DNA of 37,157 bases from Candidatus Uhrbacteria bacterium RIFCSPHIGHO2_02_FULL_53_13 (GCA_001791035.1 MGDX01000004.1:1423-38579); one strand, 5' to 3'; shown: positions 8,643-17,426, numbered from the stretch's first letter. Notes: generated by a model not told the origin, from the sequence alone. Program-made: numbers and translations.

Positions 8643-9662
8643 CTATAAAAAACTTGCCCGACGCACACGCTGAATGGCTGTATAGGCCGCGTACAGGAAC
8701 GGTCGTAGCACGACATCGCAGGTTGATGGATACGACACGCGCTCGCCGCCAAAGCCCAGCTTGAAACGCGTCACGCCTGCCAAGCGATGTTCCGGTTGGC
8801 CTTCGGGCGCGATTCCCCACCAGTCGTACGATTTCATCCCGCGTTCCTTTGCGTCCTGCATGAGCGACCAATGCAGGAGGTGCGGCGCCATCAGGTCTTT
8901 TTTTGTGTCCGCCGACGCGCCGTGCAAATAGGTGCGCGTGTTGCCAAAATCAATACACAATGCGGACGCGAGTACGTCTCCGTCGTGCACGGCTTGCTTT
9001 ACAAGCGCGCGCGGCGCATCTCCTTCGCCATTGAGATGACGCGCGATCGCCTCAAAATGCTTACGGTCATGCAGTCGAATGCCATGGCGCGCCGCCGTTT
9101 TGGACGACAGATCGTAAAACATCTCTATTGAACCGTCCTCAATGGTGACTCCCTTCCTTTTTGCAAGCCGAATGTTGTAGCGCGTCTTGTGATGCATCGC
9201 CGCTAACAGCGCCTCCGTATCCGCCGAAATATTAGTGATGAGTGTCGTGGAAGGTTGGACATCGGTCACGGGTAGAAGTTGAAAGTGAGAAGTTGGAAGT
9301 TGGCGTGCCGCGTCAACACGAAAAAAGAGTGGACGGGATTGTTGGGTGTGTGTTGCGTGCGTCAATGCTTTGAGCATGCGCGCTTCAATTTCGGGCGTTG
9401 CCCCCACCGGTCCGCGCGGAATGTAAAAATAGCGCTGTCCAAAAGGCAGGCGCATGAGAACCGACAGTGCTTGCGCGCGCTCGGTTCTGCTCTCATCGCA
9501 CAGGTTTCGCGCCACCGTGTGCCCGTCCTCTTCAAGCACGTCCCCCCATTCCCACGACTGCAAAAATGCTCCGCTTCTTTGACCATGCTTCAAAACAAAC
9601 GCGTTCCAATCCGGCACGGACGCCTTCTCTGTCACAGATAATGTTGCCGATTGAGACGACAT
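8643..9662 (-). CDS. FemAB-family peptidoglycan interpeptide-bridge aminoacyltransferase
   Basis: YNIRLAKRKGVTIE and ASADTKKDLMAPHLLHWSLMQDAKERGMKSYDWWGI are typical FemA/FemX segments. The ATG at 9662 is preferred over the listed TTG at 9674; it sits 4 nt after the glmS stop codon and is preceded by AGAGG. Confidence 0.85.
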   Translation of the reverse strand: MSSQSATLSVTEKASVPDWNAFVLKHGQRSGAFLQSWEWGDVLEEDGHTVARNLCDESRTERAQALSVLMRLPFGQRYFYIPRGPVGATPEIEARMLKALTHATHTQQSRPLFFRVDAARQLPTSHFQLLPVTDVQPSTTLITNISADTEALLAAMHHKTRYNIRLAKRKGVTIEDGSIEMFYDLSSKTAARHGIRLHDRKHFEAIARHLNGEGDAPRALVKQAVHDGDVLASALCIDFGNTRTYLHGASADTKKDLMAPHLLHWSLMQDAKERGMKSYDWWGIAPEGQPEHRLAGVTRFKLGFGGERVSYPSTCDVVLRPFLYAAYTAIQRVRRASFL

Positions 9663-9666
9663 GCCT

Positions 9667-11499
9667 CTACTCAACCGTCACACTCTTGGCTAAATTGCGC
9701 GGCATATCCGGATCAAACGCGCGCGCACACGCCGCCTCGTATGCCAAAAATTGTAGCGGTATCACGGCCAAGAGCGGCGTCAACATCTCGAGCGTCTTTG
9801 GAATGGTAATCACACGGTCAACAAGCGACGCATCGTACGGCGCCCCTTCGGTCGTCACTAAAATTACCGATCCGCCGCGTGCGCGAATTTCGTGCAAATT
9901 GCTCATGGACTTTTCAAACACGCTGTCACGTGGCGCAATCACCACAACCGGAAAGCCATCTTCAACAAGGGCAATCGGTCCGTGCTTCATTTCCCCCGCC
10001 GCGTACCCCTCGGCATGAATGTACGAAATTTCTTTGAGTTTGAGCGCTCCTTCGTGCGCAATCGGGTGGCAGTATTTTCGCCCAAGAAAAAGCGCATGGT
10101 GAGCATCCGCCAACAGTTCCGCCGCCGCACGGTACGGCTCTCGACAATCAAGCAACACCTGAATCTGATGCGGGAGTGCCAAGAGCTCCTTCACGATCCT
10201 CTGCCCCATGACAAGCGACAACGCGCGTTGCCGCCCCAACACGAGCGTGAACAAAGAGAGCACAACGACCTGCGACAAAAACGCCTTCGTGGACGCAACA
10301 CCGATCTCGGGACCGGCATGGTTGTACACTCCCGCATGCGTCTCTCGCGCGATGCTCGAGCCGACGACGTTCACGATTCCAAGCGTGAGCGCCCCCTTTT
10401 CCTTGGCTTCGCGCACCGCAAAAAGCGTGTCGGCTGTTTCACCGCTTTGGCTGATGGCCACGACCGCCGTGCCACTGTCAAGGATGGGTTTGCGATATCG
10501 AAATTCGGATGCCAACTCGACTTCGACAGGAATGCCGGCGTACTCCTCGAGCATGTATTCGCCCACGCATCCCGCGTAGTACGCCGATCCGCACGCCACG
10601 ATCACGATGCGTTTAATGTCCCGCAGTTGCTTCTCCACATCGCGCAACCCTCCCAAAACCGCCGTGCCGTTTTCTGCGTCCAATCGTCCACGTGTCGAGT
10701 TCAACACCACGTCGGGCTGTTCCATCATCTCTTTGAGCATGAAATGCGCGTACCCATGCTTCTGCAAATCCGCCGCTTCTCCATCAATCGTTTCGACCGG
10801 CTTTTGCACGGTGACGTTTTCGAACGTTCGAATGTGATACTCCGCACGAGTGATGGCAACGATTTCGCGATCGTCCAAGTACACGATGTCACGCGTGTGT
10901 TGCAAAATCGCCGACGCATCGGACGCGAGGATGTAGCCGTCACGGGCAATGCCAAGAATGAGCGGACTACCGAGACGCGCGGCCACCAGCGTGTCCGGTT
11001 CCAGGGACGACGCGACGACGATACCGTATGTCCCCTCGAGCATGGGAAGAACGGCGCCGACCGCATGGGACAGTTGCGCTCCATCTTTGAGAGCGTCTTC
11101 TATCAGATGCGCAATGACCTCCGTATCCGTTTCCGACGCAAACGCATGGCCGGATTGTTCAAGACGCGCGCGCAGAGACGCATGATTTTCGATAATCCCG
11201 TTGTGCACGACCGCCACGGACTCCGTGCAGTCGCGATGCGGATGCGCGTTGGCTTCCGTTGGCATGCCGTGCGTCGCCCATCGCGTGTGCGCAATGCCTG
11301 TGCTTCCCGCTAAGCGGCGCGTTTTGAGGGCACGCAAGAGCTCGCTCACTTTTCCAACGGCGCGCACAGTTTTAAGGCCCGCGCTCGTGTTTACTGCCAA
11401 TCCCGAAGAATCGTAGCCGCGATATTCAAGACGCTTCAGTCCGTCAAGCAGAACGGACTGCGCGTCTTGGGTTCCGCAATATCCAACAATGCCACACAT
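9667..11499 (-). CDS. glmS: Glutamine--fructose-6-phosphate aminotransferase (isomerising)
   Basis: The protein begins MCGIVGY with an N-terminal nucleophile Cys. It has two SIS domains, ends in the canonical ...KSVTVE, and is 610 aa long. Confidence 0.97.
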   Translation of the reverse strand: MCGIVGYCGTQDAQSVLLDGLKRLEYRGYDSSGLAVNTSAGLKTVRAVGKVSELLRALKTRRLAGSTGIAHTRWATHGMPTEANAHPHRDCTESVAVVHNGIIENHASLRARLEQSGHAFASETDTEVIAHLIEDALKDGAQLSHAVGAVLPMLEGTYGIVVASSLEPDTLVAARLGSPLILGIARDGYILASDASAILQHTRDIVYLDDREIVAITRAEYHIRTFENVTVQKPVETIDGEAADLQKHGYAHFMLKEMMEQPDVVLNSTRGRLDAENGTAVLGGLRDVEKQLRDIKRIVIVACGSAYYAGCVGEYMLEEYAGIPVEVELASEFRYRKPILDSGTAVVAISQSGETADTLFAVREAKEKGALTLGIVNVVGSSIARETHAGVYNHAGPEIGVASTKAFLSQVVVLSLFTLVLGRQRALSLVMGQRIVKELLALPHQIQVLLDCREPYRAAAELLADAHHALFLGRKYCHPIAHEGALKLKEISYIHAEGYAAGEMKHGPIALVEDGFPVVVIAPRDSVFEKSMSNLHEIRARGGSVILVTTEGAPYDASLVDRVITIPKTLEMLTPLLAVIPLQFLAYEAACARAFDPDMPRNLAKSVTVE

Positions 11500-11573
11500 A
11501 TCGTAATCGTGTTATGAACAGAAACCCATGTTAGCACATTCGACCGCGTCCATTGAACAAAATCCTCCCTGTG

Positions 11574-11612
11574 AAAAAAAGCATCGCCCGCGGTGAGGTG
11601 CCGCGAGCGATG
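11574..11612 (-). terminator. Intrinsic terminator
   Basis: The minus-strand RNA reads GCAUCGCUCGCGG-CACCUCA-CCGCGGGCGAUGC followed by UUUUUUU. The 13-bp stem has one U-G pair, which would be a C-A mismatch on the plus strand. Confidence 0.7.
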
Positions 11613-11843
11613 GGAGAGATTGGTCCTGGTGGACGGTCAGGGATCAAGGTGCACACACCCCCGTCCTCATCGCCTCCTCGATGAAGCCCGTGTGGGCCTT
11701 GCGGGTCCTCGGCCCCGCTTTCGGCCTTCAGGGTGCGATTCGACCAAGATTTGCGCTACAGCATGTCACACTGCATACGCGCACATTGGTCGTCAGGCGA
11801 AGCTCCGGAGCTTAGGCGCCTTTCGCCTGAACGTCCACCAGGT
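11574..11843 (-). ncRNA. Unclassified structured RNA between ruvA and glmS (candidate glmS leader or independent sRNA)
   Basis: The predicted transcription start falls immediately before CCUGGUGGACG (11832-11842), which pairs perfectly with CGUCCACCAGG (11625-11635). Several internal hairpins are present (CAGGCGAA/UUCGCCUG, CGACCAA/UUGGUCG, CAUCG/CGAUG). The unit ends at the intrinsic terminator. The only ORF listed here (11593..12000, plus strand) overlaps ruvA in antisense and is treated as spurious. Confidence 0.5.
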
Positions 11844-11849
11844 AAAAGA

Positions 11850-11878
11850 AAAATACACAACCCCTCAAAATCTGTCAA
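11850..11878 (-). promoter_or_regulatory. Sigma70-like promoter TTGACA-17-TATTTT
   Basis: On the minus strand the -35 is at 11873-11878 (overlapping the ruvA stop codon) and the -10 at 11850-11855. The spacer is exactly 17 nt. Confidence 0.45.
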
Positions 11879-12444
11879 ATCACCATCGTGAGCGCGGCCT
11901 TAATTTGGTCTTCGATGCGCACGATATCAGATGGAATACCGGCCGCAAGCGCCCGCGCCTGCGCGCGCGCGTAGCCCATGCCAACGAGCGCTTCAATTAA
12001 GTCAACATGCGTCGATTCAATGCGGCGCTCATTGGCGTCCGCCTTCAAGTCAATCGAACCGCGCAACTCGAGCACTATTTTTTGCGCCTTCTTTTTTCCA
12101 ATCCCCGGAACGACCGTCAAAAACTCGGCATCTCCATCCATCACATGCCGACAAAACGTATCTACCTCAAACAGTCCCAGGATTTTTACCGCCGCCTTTG
12201 GACCAACGCCGCTCACGGCAATCAATTTCCAAAACAGCTCCAAATGCTCGCGCGTGCGAACGCCAAAGAGCTCGTGACGATCATCGCGCACGGTTTCGTG
12301 CGTCCAAATCACGGCTTCATCTCCAACACGCAAATCCACCGCGTGCGTTGCCGCCACATCCACGCGATACCCAATCCCGCCAATGTGAAGCAGGACCCAC
12401 TCCGGCCCGCGTTCGAGCACCGTTCCTTGAACACGCATGATCAT
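11875..12444 (-). CDS. ruvA: Holliday junction branch-migration complex subunit RuvA
   Basis: GGIGYRV..., ELFGF-like HELFGVRT, and LIAVSGVGPKAAVKIL (the HhH motifs) are present, and the length is 189 aa. Confidence 0.93.
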   Translation of the reverse strand: MIMRVQGTVLERGPEWVLLHIGGIGYRVDVAATHAVDLRVGDEAVIWTHETVRDDRHELFGVRTREHLELFWKLIAVSGVGPKAAVKILGLFEVDTFCRHVMDGDAEFLTVVPGIGKKKAQKIVLELRGSIDLKADANERRIESTHVDLIEALVGMGYARAQARALAAGIPSDIVRIEDQIKAALTMVI

Positions 12445-12465
12445 GCGATGAGTATATCAAATAGA

Positions 12466-12509
12466 GGTTGGAAAAAACAAAGAAATCGGGCGCTAGAGAG
12501 GCGCCCGAT
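12466..12509 (-). terminator. Intrinsic terminator after the 12530..13198 gene
   Basis: The minus-strand RNA reads AUCGGGCGCC-UCUCUA-GCGCCCGAU followed by UUCUUUGUUUUUUCC. Confidence 0.65.
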
Positions 12510-12529
12510 ACAAAGGTGAGGTATGGTTT

Positions 12530-13198
12530 CTATGGCCGGTGCCAACACGAGGGGCACTTCAGCGCCCCGGCGGTCCACACGTACCTGTCCCGACGGCAGG
12601 ACAAGCACATGTCTCCTTCGGAAGGTTTCGCCTTCACCGTCGGTATCGAGCCCGTATCGGCATCTGACACCGTAGTCAATCTGCGCTTTCCTTGCTCCAG
12701 CCACGTCGGCGCGATCTTCCATCCGTACTGCTTCACGAGGCCCGCCTCTCGATGATCCGGAAGCACGCCATGACCCGGCCGGTCGCAGTAATCCGCGCCA
12801 CGATGGTATCGCGTCGACTGTCCGCAGAACGGACACAACGACTGCCCATTCTCATCCACAAAAAGTGGGAGAAGCGCCACGCAACAGTTCTTCGCCGTAG
12901 AAGGCGCCACGAGCGAATGCACACCCGGGGCGTAGAGATACCGGCCGCTTGCATCAAGATTGAGCACACAGTACGGGCTCATCCATGGCGGATCAACCGT
13001 AAGCATCGTCGCACCGTCCTCATAACGCACAGCCACCTTCACGGTCATGGTCATATTCTTCCAGTCGGTGCTCCACCCAGCGAGGTTCAAAAACTCCGGA
13101 GCAAAATGAACGTGCGCTCCAACCATCAGCAACTTCAAGGAACGATCGTTCAGTTCTATCCAGCCTAGGACTTTGCGTTTCATGAGAAGATCCGGCAC
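12530..13198 (-). CDS. Hypothetical Cys-rich protein (putative zinc-ribbon motifs)
   Basis: The ORF is 222 aa with genome-typical composition. It carries CPFCG..(x13)..CDRPGH and a C-terminal CLSC-x15-CPSC. I recognise no family. The listed start is GTG; an ATG at 13183 is an alternative. Confidence 0.55.
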   Translation of the reverse strand: MPDLLMKRKVLGWIELNDRSLKLLMVGAHVHFAPEFLNLAGWSTDWKNMTMTVKVAVRYEDGATMLTVDPPWMSPYCVLNLDASGRYLYAPGVHSLVAPSTAKNCCVALLPLFVDENGQSLCPFCGQSTRYHRGADYCDRPGHGVLPDHREAGLVKQYGWKIAPTWLEQGKRRLTTVSDADTGSIPTVKAKPSEGDMCLSCRRDRYVWTAGALKCPSCWHRP

Positions 13199-13267
13199 AA
13201 ATCCAAAGCGTGATGTGGATTCGCACCGGACTTCTCATGTTGAAGGGGCCTGTTCCCAAGTGTGCAC

Positions 13268-16234
13268 TTATGACGCGCGCGTCAATCCAAGCTGGAAAGC
13301 TCCCTGCGCACGTTCTTCTTTTTCTTGTGCTTTGTCAAGCGAACGCTCCATCGCCGTGGCGCGTGTGCGCTCTAAAATGTCGGCCTCGTACGCGTCAAGC
13401 GCGGCAGAAACATCCGCGTCGTCCGTTTCCACAAACAAAACAATCTGGTCTTCAATCGTGAGTTCGCTGTCCTTGCGCAGAGCATTCGCGCGGCGCACCA
13501 GCTCGCGCACGATGCCAAGCCGCTTGAGTTCCGGCGTGATGTTCGTGTCGAGCGTCGCGGCGAGGTCTCCCTTGCGCCATGTCACCGCCTGCACATTCAC
13601 CTCGTCTTTCAGGATATCAAGATACGCCTCTTCGAGCGCTTCTGGAGCGCTCACCTCCACCGACGCCAACACTTGCCGCACGGGAATTTTTTCCTCCTCG
13701 CGTGCCTCGAGTGTTTTCGTAACAAGTTCGCGCACACGCGCCATCTGCGCGAGCGCATCCTCCTGGCGCGCCGTAAGCTTGCGCGCTTCTGGCCACAGCG
13801 CCAGATGCACCGAGTCCCCCTCTTCGCGCACATACAACCCACGATACACTTCCTCGGCGATAAACGGCGCAAACGGCGCCATCAATTTTGCGAGATCCGT
13901 TAAGCACGCGCGCAGAGTTTGCGTCGCGCGACGATGATCGCGCATATCATCGCCCTTGAATCGCTCACGACTACGGCGAACATACCAGGTCGAGAGTTCA
14001 TCAATGTACGCCGTCAAAGCGCGCACGGCCTCGGTGATGCGATAGCCGTCCAGGGACGCTGTCACAGAACGCACCGTCGCGTCGCGCACCGTCAAAATCC
14101 ACTCGTCCAAAACATGCGTTGACGGCGCCTCGTGTGCCACATCATCGGCCGCCACATACATCTCATAGAAACTGACGACATTGCGCACAAGGGCAAAGTT
14201 CTTCCGCACCATATCGCCCAACACTTTCTCGTCAAACAACTTGTTCTCACCAGGTGCGTTGATCGCATACATATACCAACGCACGGCATCGGCGCCAAAA
14301 CGCTCCATCGCTTCCATGGGATCGACAACATTGCCAACGGATTTGCTCATTTTCTTGCCGTGAGCGTCAAGAACATGTCCAAGAGACACGACATTTTTGT
14401 ACGGCGCGCCGCGACCAAGCGCCACGGCAACAGCCAACAACGTGTAAAACCATCCGCGCGTTTGGTCGATGGCCTCGGCGATGTAATCGGCCGGATACTG
14501 ACGATCAAACATCTGCACGTTCTCAAACGGATAATGCCACTGTGCAAACGGCATGCATCCGGAGTCAAACCAAACATCCACGACATCGGGCACGCGACGT
14601 GCCGTTTTGCCGCACGCCTCATCTTCACAACGCAGAACGATATCGTCCACAACGGGACGATGTGGATCCAAATTCTTCGGCACCTCCCCTACAGCCCGCG
14701 CGCGTAGTTCTTCAAAACTCCCGATGCACTGCCGCTTACCGCACGCCTCGCAAACCCAAATCGGTAGTGGCGTTCCCCAGTATCGCTCGCGCGAGAACGC
14801 CCAATCCTTCACATCACTCAACCATTCGCCAAAACGACCGTCCTGAAGATGCTCCGGCTCCCAATGAATCTTTGCGTTGGCCTCCAAGAGTTTCTTGCGC
14901 AGTGCGCTCATCTTGATGTACCACGAGTGCTTGGCGTAATAGATGACTTTTTGCTTACAGCGCCAGCAGTGCGGATATGAATGCGTGTGTTTTTCTTTCG
15001 CAAACAATAGGCGGCGCTCGGCTAAGTCCTTGACGATATCCACGGCCACCGCCTCATCGGTCACAAGCCGCCCCGCCAAAAATCCCGCCTCCTGAACGTA
15101 GGTGCCGTCCGGCTTGACGATGTGATACTTAGGAAGACCAACCGTGTTGCCCAACGCAAAATCGTCGGCACCGTACATGACGGCCGTGTGAACAATGCCC
15201 GTGCCCTCGTCTGTCGTGACAAAATCGGCGGCGACTACGGAAAACATTTTGTCATCGCCGCGCTTTCTTTTGCTTGCCGTCACGTGAGGCAGTGCATCGC
15301 TTTTTTCCAACACATCATAGAGCGGCCTGTATTTCAGCCCAACTAGTCCTGAACCAGAACACTTGTCAACGATTTCAGCATCTGCAAGACCGCATGCCTC
15401 TAATCGTGATTTAGCAAGCCAACAGTATTCATCGTGACCTGATGCATGAGGCAATTTCTGCCCATCAGAAACATGTGCAACACCCTGATCGAGAATAAAT
15501 TTTTTGACTTTTACATACTTGATATTTTTTTTCACCGCCAACGCCACATTGCCGAGCAGTGTCCACGGCGTTGTCGTCCACGCAAGCAAAAATGTTCCAG
15601 GCTCATTCACGAGCTCAAACTTCACGGTCACGGACAAATCTTTCACGTCCTTATATCCTTGCGCCAACTCATGCGACGAGAGCGACGTCTCGCATCGCGG
15701 ACAGTGCGGTGTTACGCGGTAATCCTGATACAAAAGCCCGCGGTCCCAAATCTGCCGCACCACCCACCACAGCGACTCAATATATTCTGGCGCATACGTC
15801 ACATACGCATGTTCCATATCAACCCAATACCCAATGCGCCGAGTAAACGCGCGCCATTCGTCAAGGTACTTCCACACGCTTTCGCGGCACTTGGCATTGA
15901 ACGCGGCGACACCGAGAGTTTTAATCTCCTGCTTCGTAGAAAACCCCAACTCCTTCTCCACTTCCAACTCCACCGGCAATCCATGCGTATCCCAGCCGCC
16001 TTTGCGCTCGACATGAAATCCCTGCATCGTCTTGTATCGCGGGATACAGTCCTTGAACGCACGCGCCTCGGCATGATGAATACCTGGACGCCCGTTGGCC
16101 GTCGGCGGCCCCTCATAAAACACAAAGTCCCCTCGCGGCGCTTCCTTTTCAAGCGATCGCTCAAACACGCGATGCGCCTCCCAATACGCTAAGATTTCCA
16201 ATTCACGCTCGTTGACGGTTTTTTGCTGTGCCAT
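13268..16234 (-). CDS. ileS: Isoleucine--tRNA ligase (type 2, Thermus/archaeal-like)
   Basis: FVFYEGPPTANGRPGIHHAEARAFKD is the HIGH region, followed by GWDTHGLPVELEVEKELG and KMSKSVGN. The length is 988 aa. Confidence 0.95.
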   Translation of the reverse strand: MAQQKTVNERELEILAYWEAHRVFERSLEKEAPRGDFVFYEGPPTANGRPGIHHAEARAFKDCIPRYKTMQGFHVERKGGWDTHGLPVELEVEKELGFSTKQEIKTLGVAAFNAKCRESVWKYLDEWRAFTRRIGYWVDMEHAYVTYAPEYIESLWWVVRQIWDRGLLYQDYRVTPHCPRCETSLSSHELAQGYKDVKDLSVTVKFELVNEPGTFLLAWTTTPWTLLGNVALAVKKNIKYVKVKKFILDQGVAHVSDGQKLPHASGHDEYCWLAKSRLEACGLADAEIVDKCSGSGLVGLKYRPLYDVLEKSDALPHVTASKRKRGDDKMFSVVAADFVTTDEGTGIVHTAVMYGADDFALGNTVGLPKYHIVKPDGTYVQEAGFLAGRLVTDEAVAVDIVKDLAERRLLFAKEKHTHSYPHCWRCKQKVIYYAKHSWYIKMSALRKKLLEANAKIHWEPEHLQDGRFGEWLSDVKDWAFSRERYWGTPLPIWVCEACGKRQCIGSFEELRARAVGEVPKNLDPHRPVVDDIVLRCEDEACGKTARRVPDVVDVWFDSGCMPFAQWHYPFENVQMFDRQYPADYIAEAIDQTRGWFYTLLAVAVALGRGAPYKNVVSLGHVLDAHGKKMSKSVGNVVDPMEAMERFGADAVRWYMYAINAPGENKLFDEKVLGDMVRKNFALVRNVVSFYEMYVAADDVAHEAPSTHVLDEWILTVRDATVRSVTASLDGYRITEAVRALTAYIDELSTWYVRRSRERFKGDDMRDHRRATQTLRACLTDLAKLMAPFAPFIAEEVYRGLYVREEGDSVHLALWPEARKLTARQEDALAQMARVRELVTKTLEAREEEKIPVRQVLASVEVSAPEALEEAYLDILKDEVNVQAVTWRKGDLAATLDTNITPELKRLGIVRELVRRANALRKDSELTIEDQIVLFVETDDADVSAALDAYEADILERTRATAMERSLDKAQEKEERAQGAFQLGLTRAS

Positions 16235-16294
16235 AAAGAATGGGTCTGATACAATAACAGTAGATTATAGGTTTTTTAGCGTTTCGACAAGCGT

Positions 16295-16744
16295 ATGACG
16301 ATTTATCTTGGCGGCGATCATGCCGGATTTGAACTCAAAAAAGCCGTGTCAGCGGCGCTTTTAGAGGATGGCCACACGGTGCGCGACCTTGGAAACACCG
16401 CGTACGACGAAGGCGATGACTATCCTCCATTCGCCAAAGCGGTAGCAGACGCGGTAACGAAAAACAAGACGTTTCGCGGGATTGTATTTTGCGGAAACGC
16501 CGAGGGCGTGTGTATCGTCGCCAACAAAGTAGACGGAGTTCGTGCCGGAATTGGATTTTCTGCGGAGGCCGCACGTAGTGCACGCAACGACGACGACATC
16601 AATGTGTTGTGTTTGCCGGGGCGTTTGATGACATTTGATGAGGCGATCCAAATCGTGCACATATTTTTGGACACGCCGTACGAAGGCGCAGAGCGGCACA
16701 ATCGCCGCCTCAATCAAATCAAAGATATAGAGGAAACAAACTGA
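16295..16744 (+). CDS. rpiB: Ribose-5-phosphate isomerase B
   Basis: IYLGGDHAGFELKK and GIVFCGNAEGVCIVANKVDGVRAG form the RpiB/LacAB signature. The length is 149 aa. Confidence 0.9.
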   Translation: MTIYLGGDHAGFELKKAVSAALLEDGHTVRDLGNTAYDEGDDYPPFAKAVADAVTKNKTFRGIVFCGNAEGVCIVANKVDGVRAGIGFSAEAARSARNDDDINVLCLPGRLMTFDEAIQIVHIFLDTPYEGAERHNRRLNQIKDIEETN

Positions 16745-16745
16745 T

Positions 16746-17387
16746 ATGGCGCAAATCATTCCGGCGATTTTGGTAGATTCGCTCGACGCGTTCCAAGAAC
16801 GGCTCGCGGCGCTTCCGGGCGCGAAGCTGTTCAGCATCGACATCATGAACGGCACGTTCGTAGAGCCAACGACATTCGCTGACGCGCACGCCGTGGCCGC
16901 ACAGGGCACGCAAGCACAGTTCGAACTCGACCTCATGGTAAGCGACCCTCTGCCAATCATCGAAGCGTGGAATGTTTTGCCAAACACCGTGCGCGCGATT
17001 GTGCAAGCAGAACTCGACGTGGATGTTCGCGATCTCCTGCGCACCATTCGCGGCATGAACCTTGAGGCCGGTCTTGCCCTGCTCCCTTCAACACGCGTGA
17101 GCAACATTGAGCATCTTTTGAACGAAACCGACATGATCCTCGTACGCGGCAACGATCCCGGATACTCCGGACGTGCGTACCTGCCGGAAATGACGGACAA
17201 AATCCTCGAGCTCCGCGCGTTCGATCCGCATCTCTTCATCAACGTCGACATCGGCGTCAACGAAATTACTATCCCAGAACTCGTTTCAGCCGGCGCGACG
17301 CATCTTTCGGTGAATAGCGCGATTTTTAGTGATCCAAACCCCACGGAAGCATTCAAACGCCTGCAAACATTGGCTAAAATGTCATAA
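16746..17387 (+). CDS. Ribulose-phosphate 3-epimerase-like TIM-barrel protein (divergent)
   Basis: IIPAILV, SIDIMNGTFVEP, ELDLMV, NDPGYSGR, NVDIGVN and VNSAIF align with the Rpe motif order. The start lies 1 nt after the rpiB stop codon. See the finding on substituted metal ligands. Confidence 0.7.
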   Translation: MAQIIPAILVDSLDAFQERLAALPGAKLFSIDIMNGTFVEPTTFADAHAVAAQGTQAQFELDLMVSDPLPIIEAWNVLPNTVRAIVQAELDVDVRDLLRTIRGMNLEAGLALLPSTRVSNIEHLLNETDMILVRGNDPGYSGRAYLPEMTDKILELRAFDPHLFINVDIGVNEITIPELVSAGATHLSVNSAIFSDPNPTEAFKRLQTLAKMS

Positions 17388-17426
17388 CATCCATCGCAAA
17401 TATCCACAGAGACACTTATCTTATTG

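Noticed and set aside
9892-11313. A 473-aa plus-strand ORF, plus other long antisense ORFs. Examples are 2127..3125 (minus), 4768..5583 (minus), 15446..16192 (plus), 16361..17407 (minus) and 27723..28286 (plus).
   Set aside because: Each lies entirely inside, and antisense to, a gene with unambiguous family motifs (glmS, DUF4012, the DUF11-like gene, ileS, rpiB/rpe-like, the carboxypeptidase). Their translations are Arg/His/Ser-rich and low in complexity, as is typical of shadow ORFs in GC-rich coding DNA.
11574-11843. A confident call of the canonical glmS ribozyme, tmRNA, RNase P RNA or SRP RNA for the RNA upstream of glmS.
   Set aside because: The signature motifs, as I remember them, are absent or out of order. 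There is no GGAAAGUCC (RNase P). There is no GGGG...UCCACCA tRNA-like end pairing or tag ORF (tmRNA). There is no GGUCCGGAAGGAAGCAGC (SRP). Only fragmentary resemblance to the glmS core is present. The RNA is left unclassified pending cmsearch.
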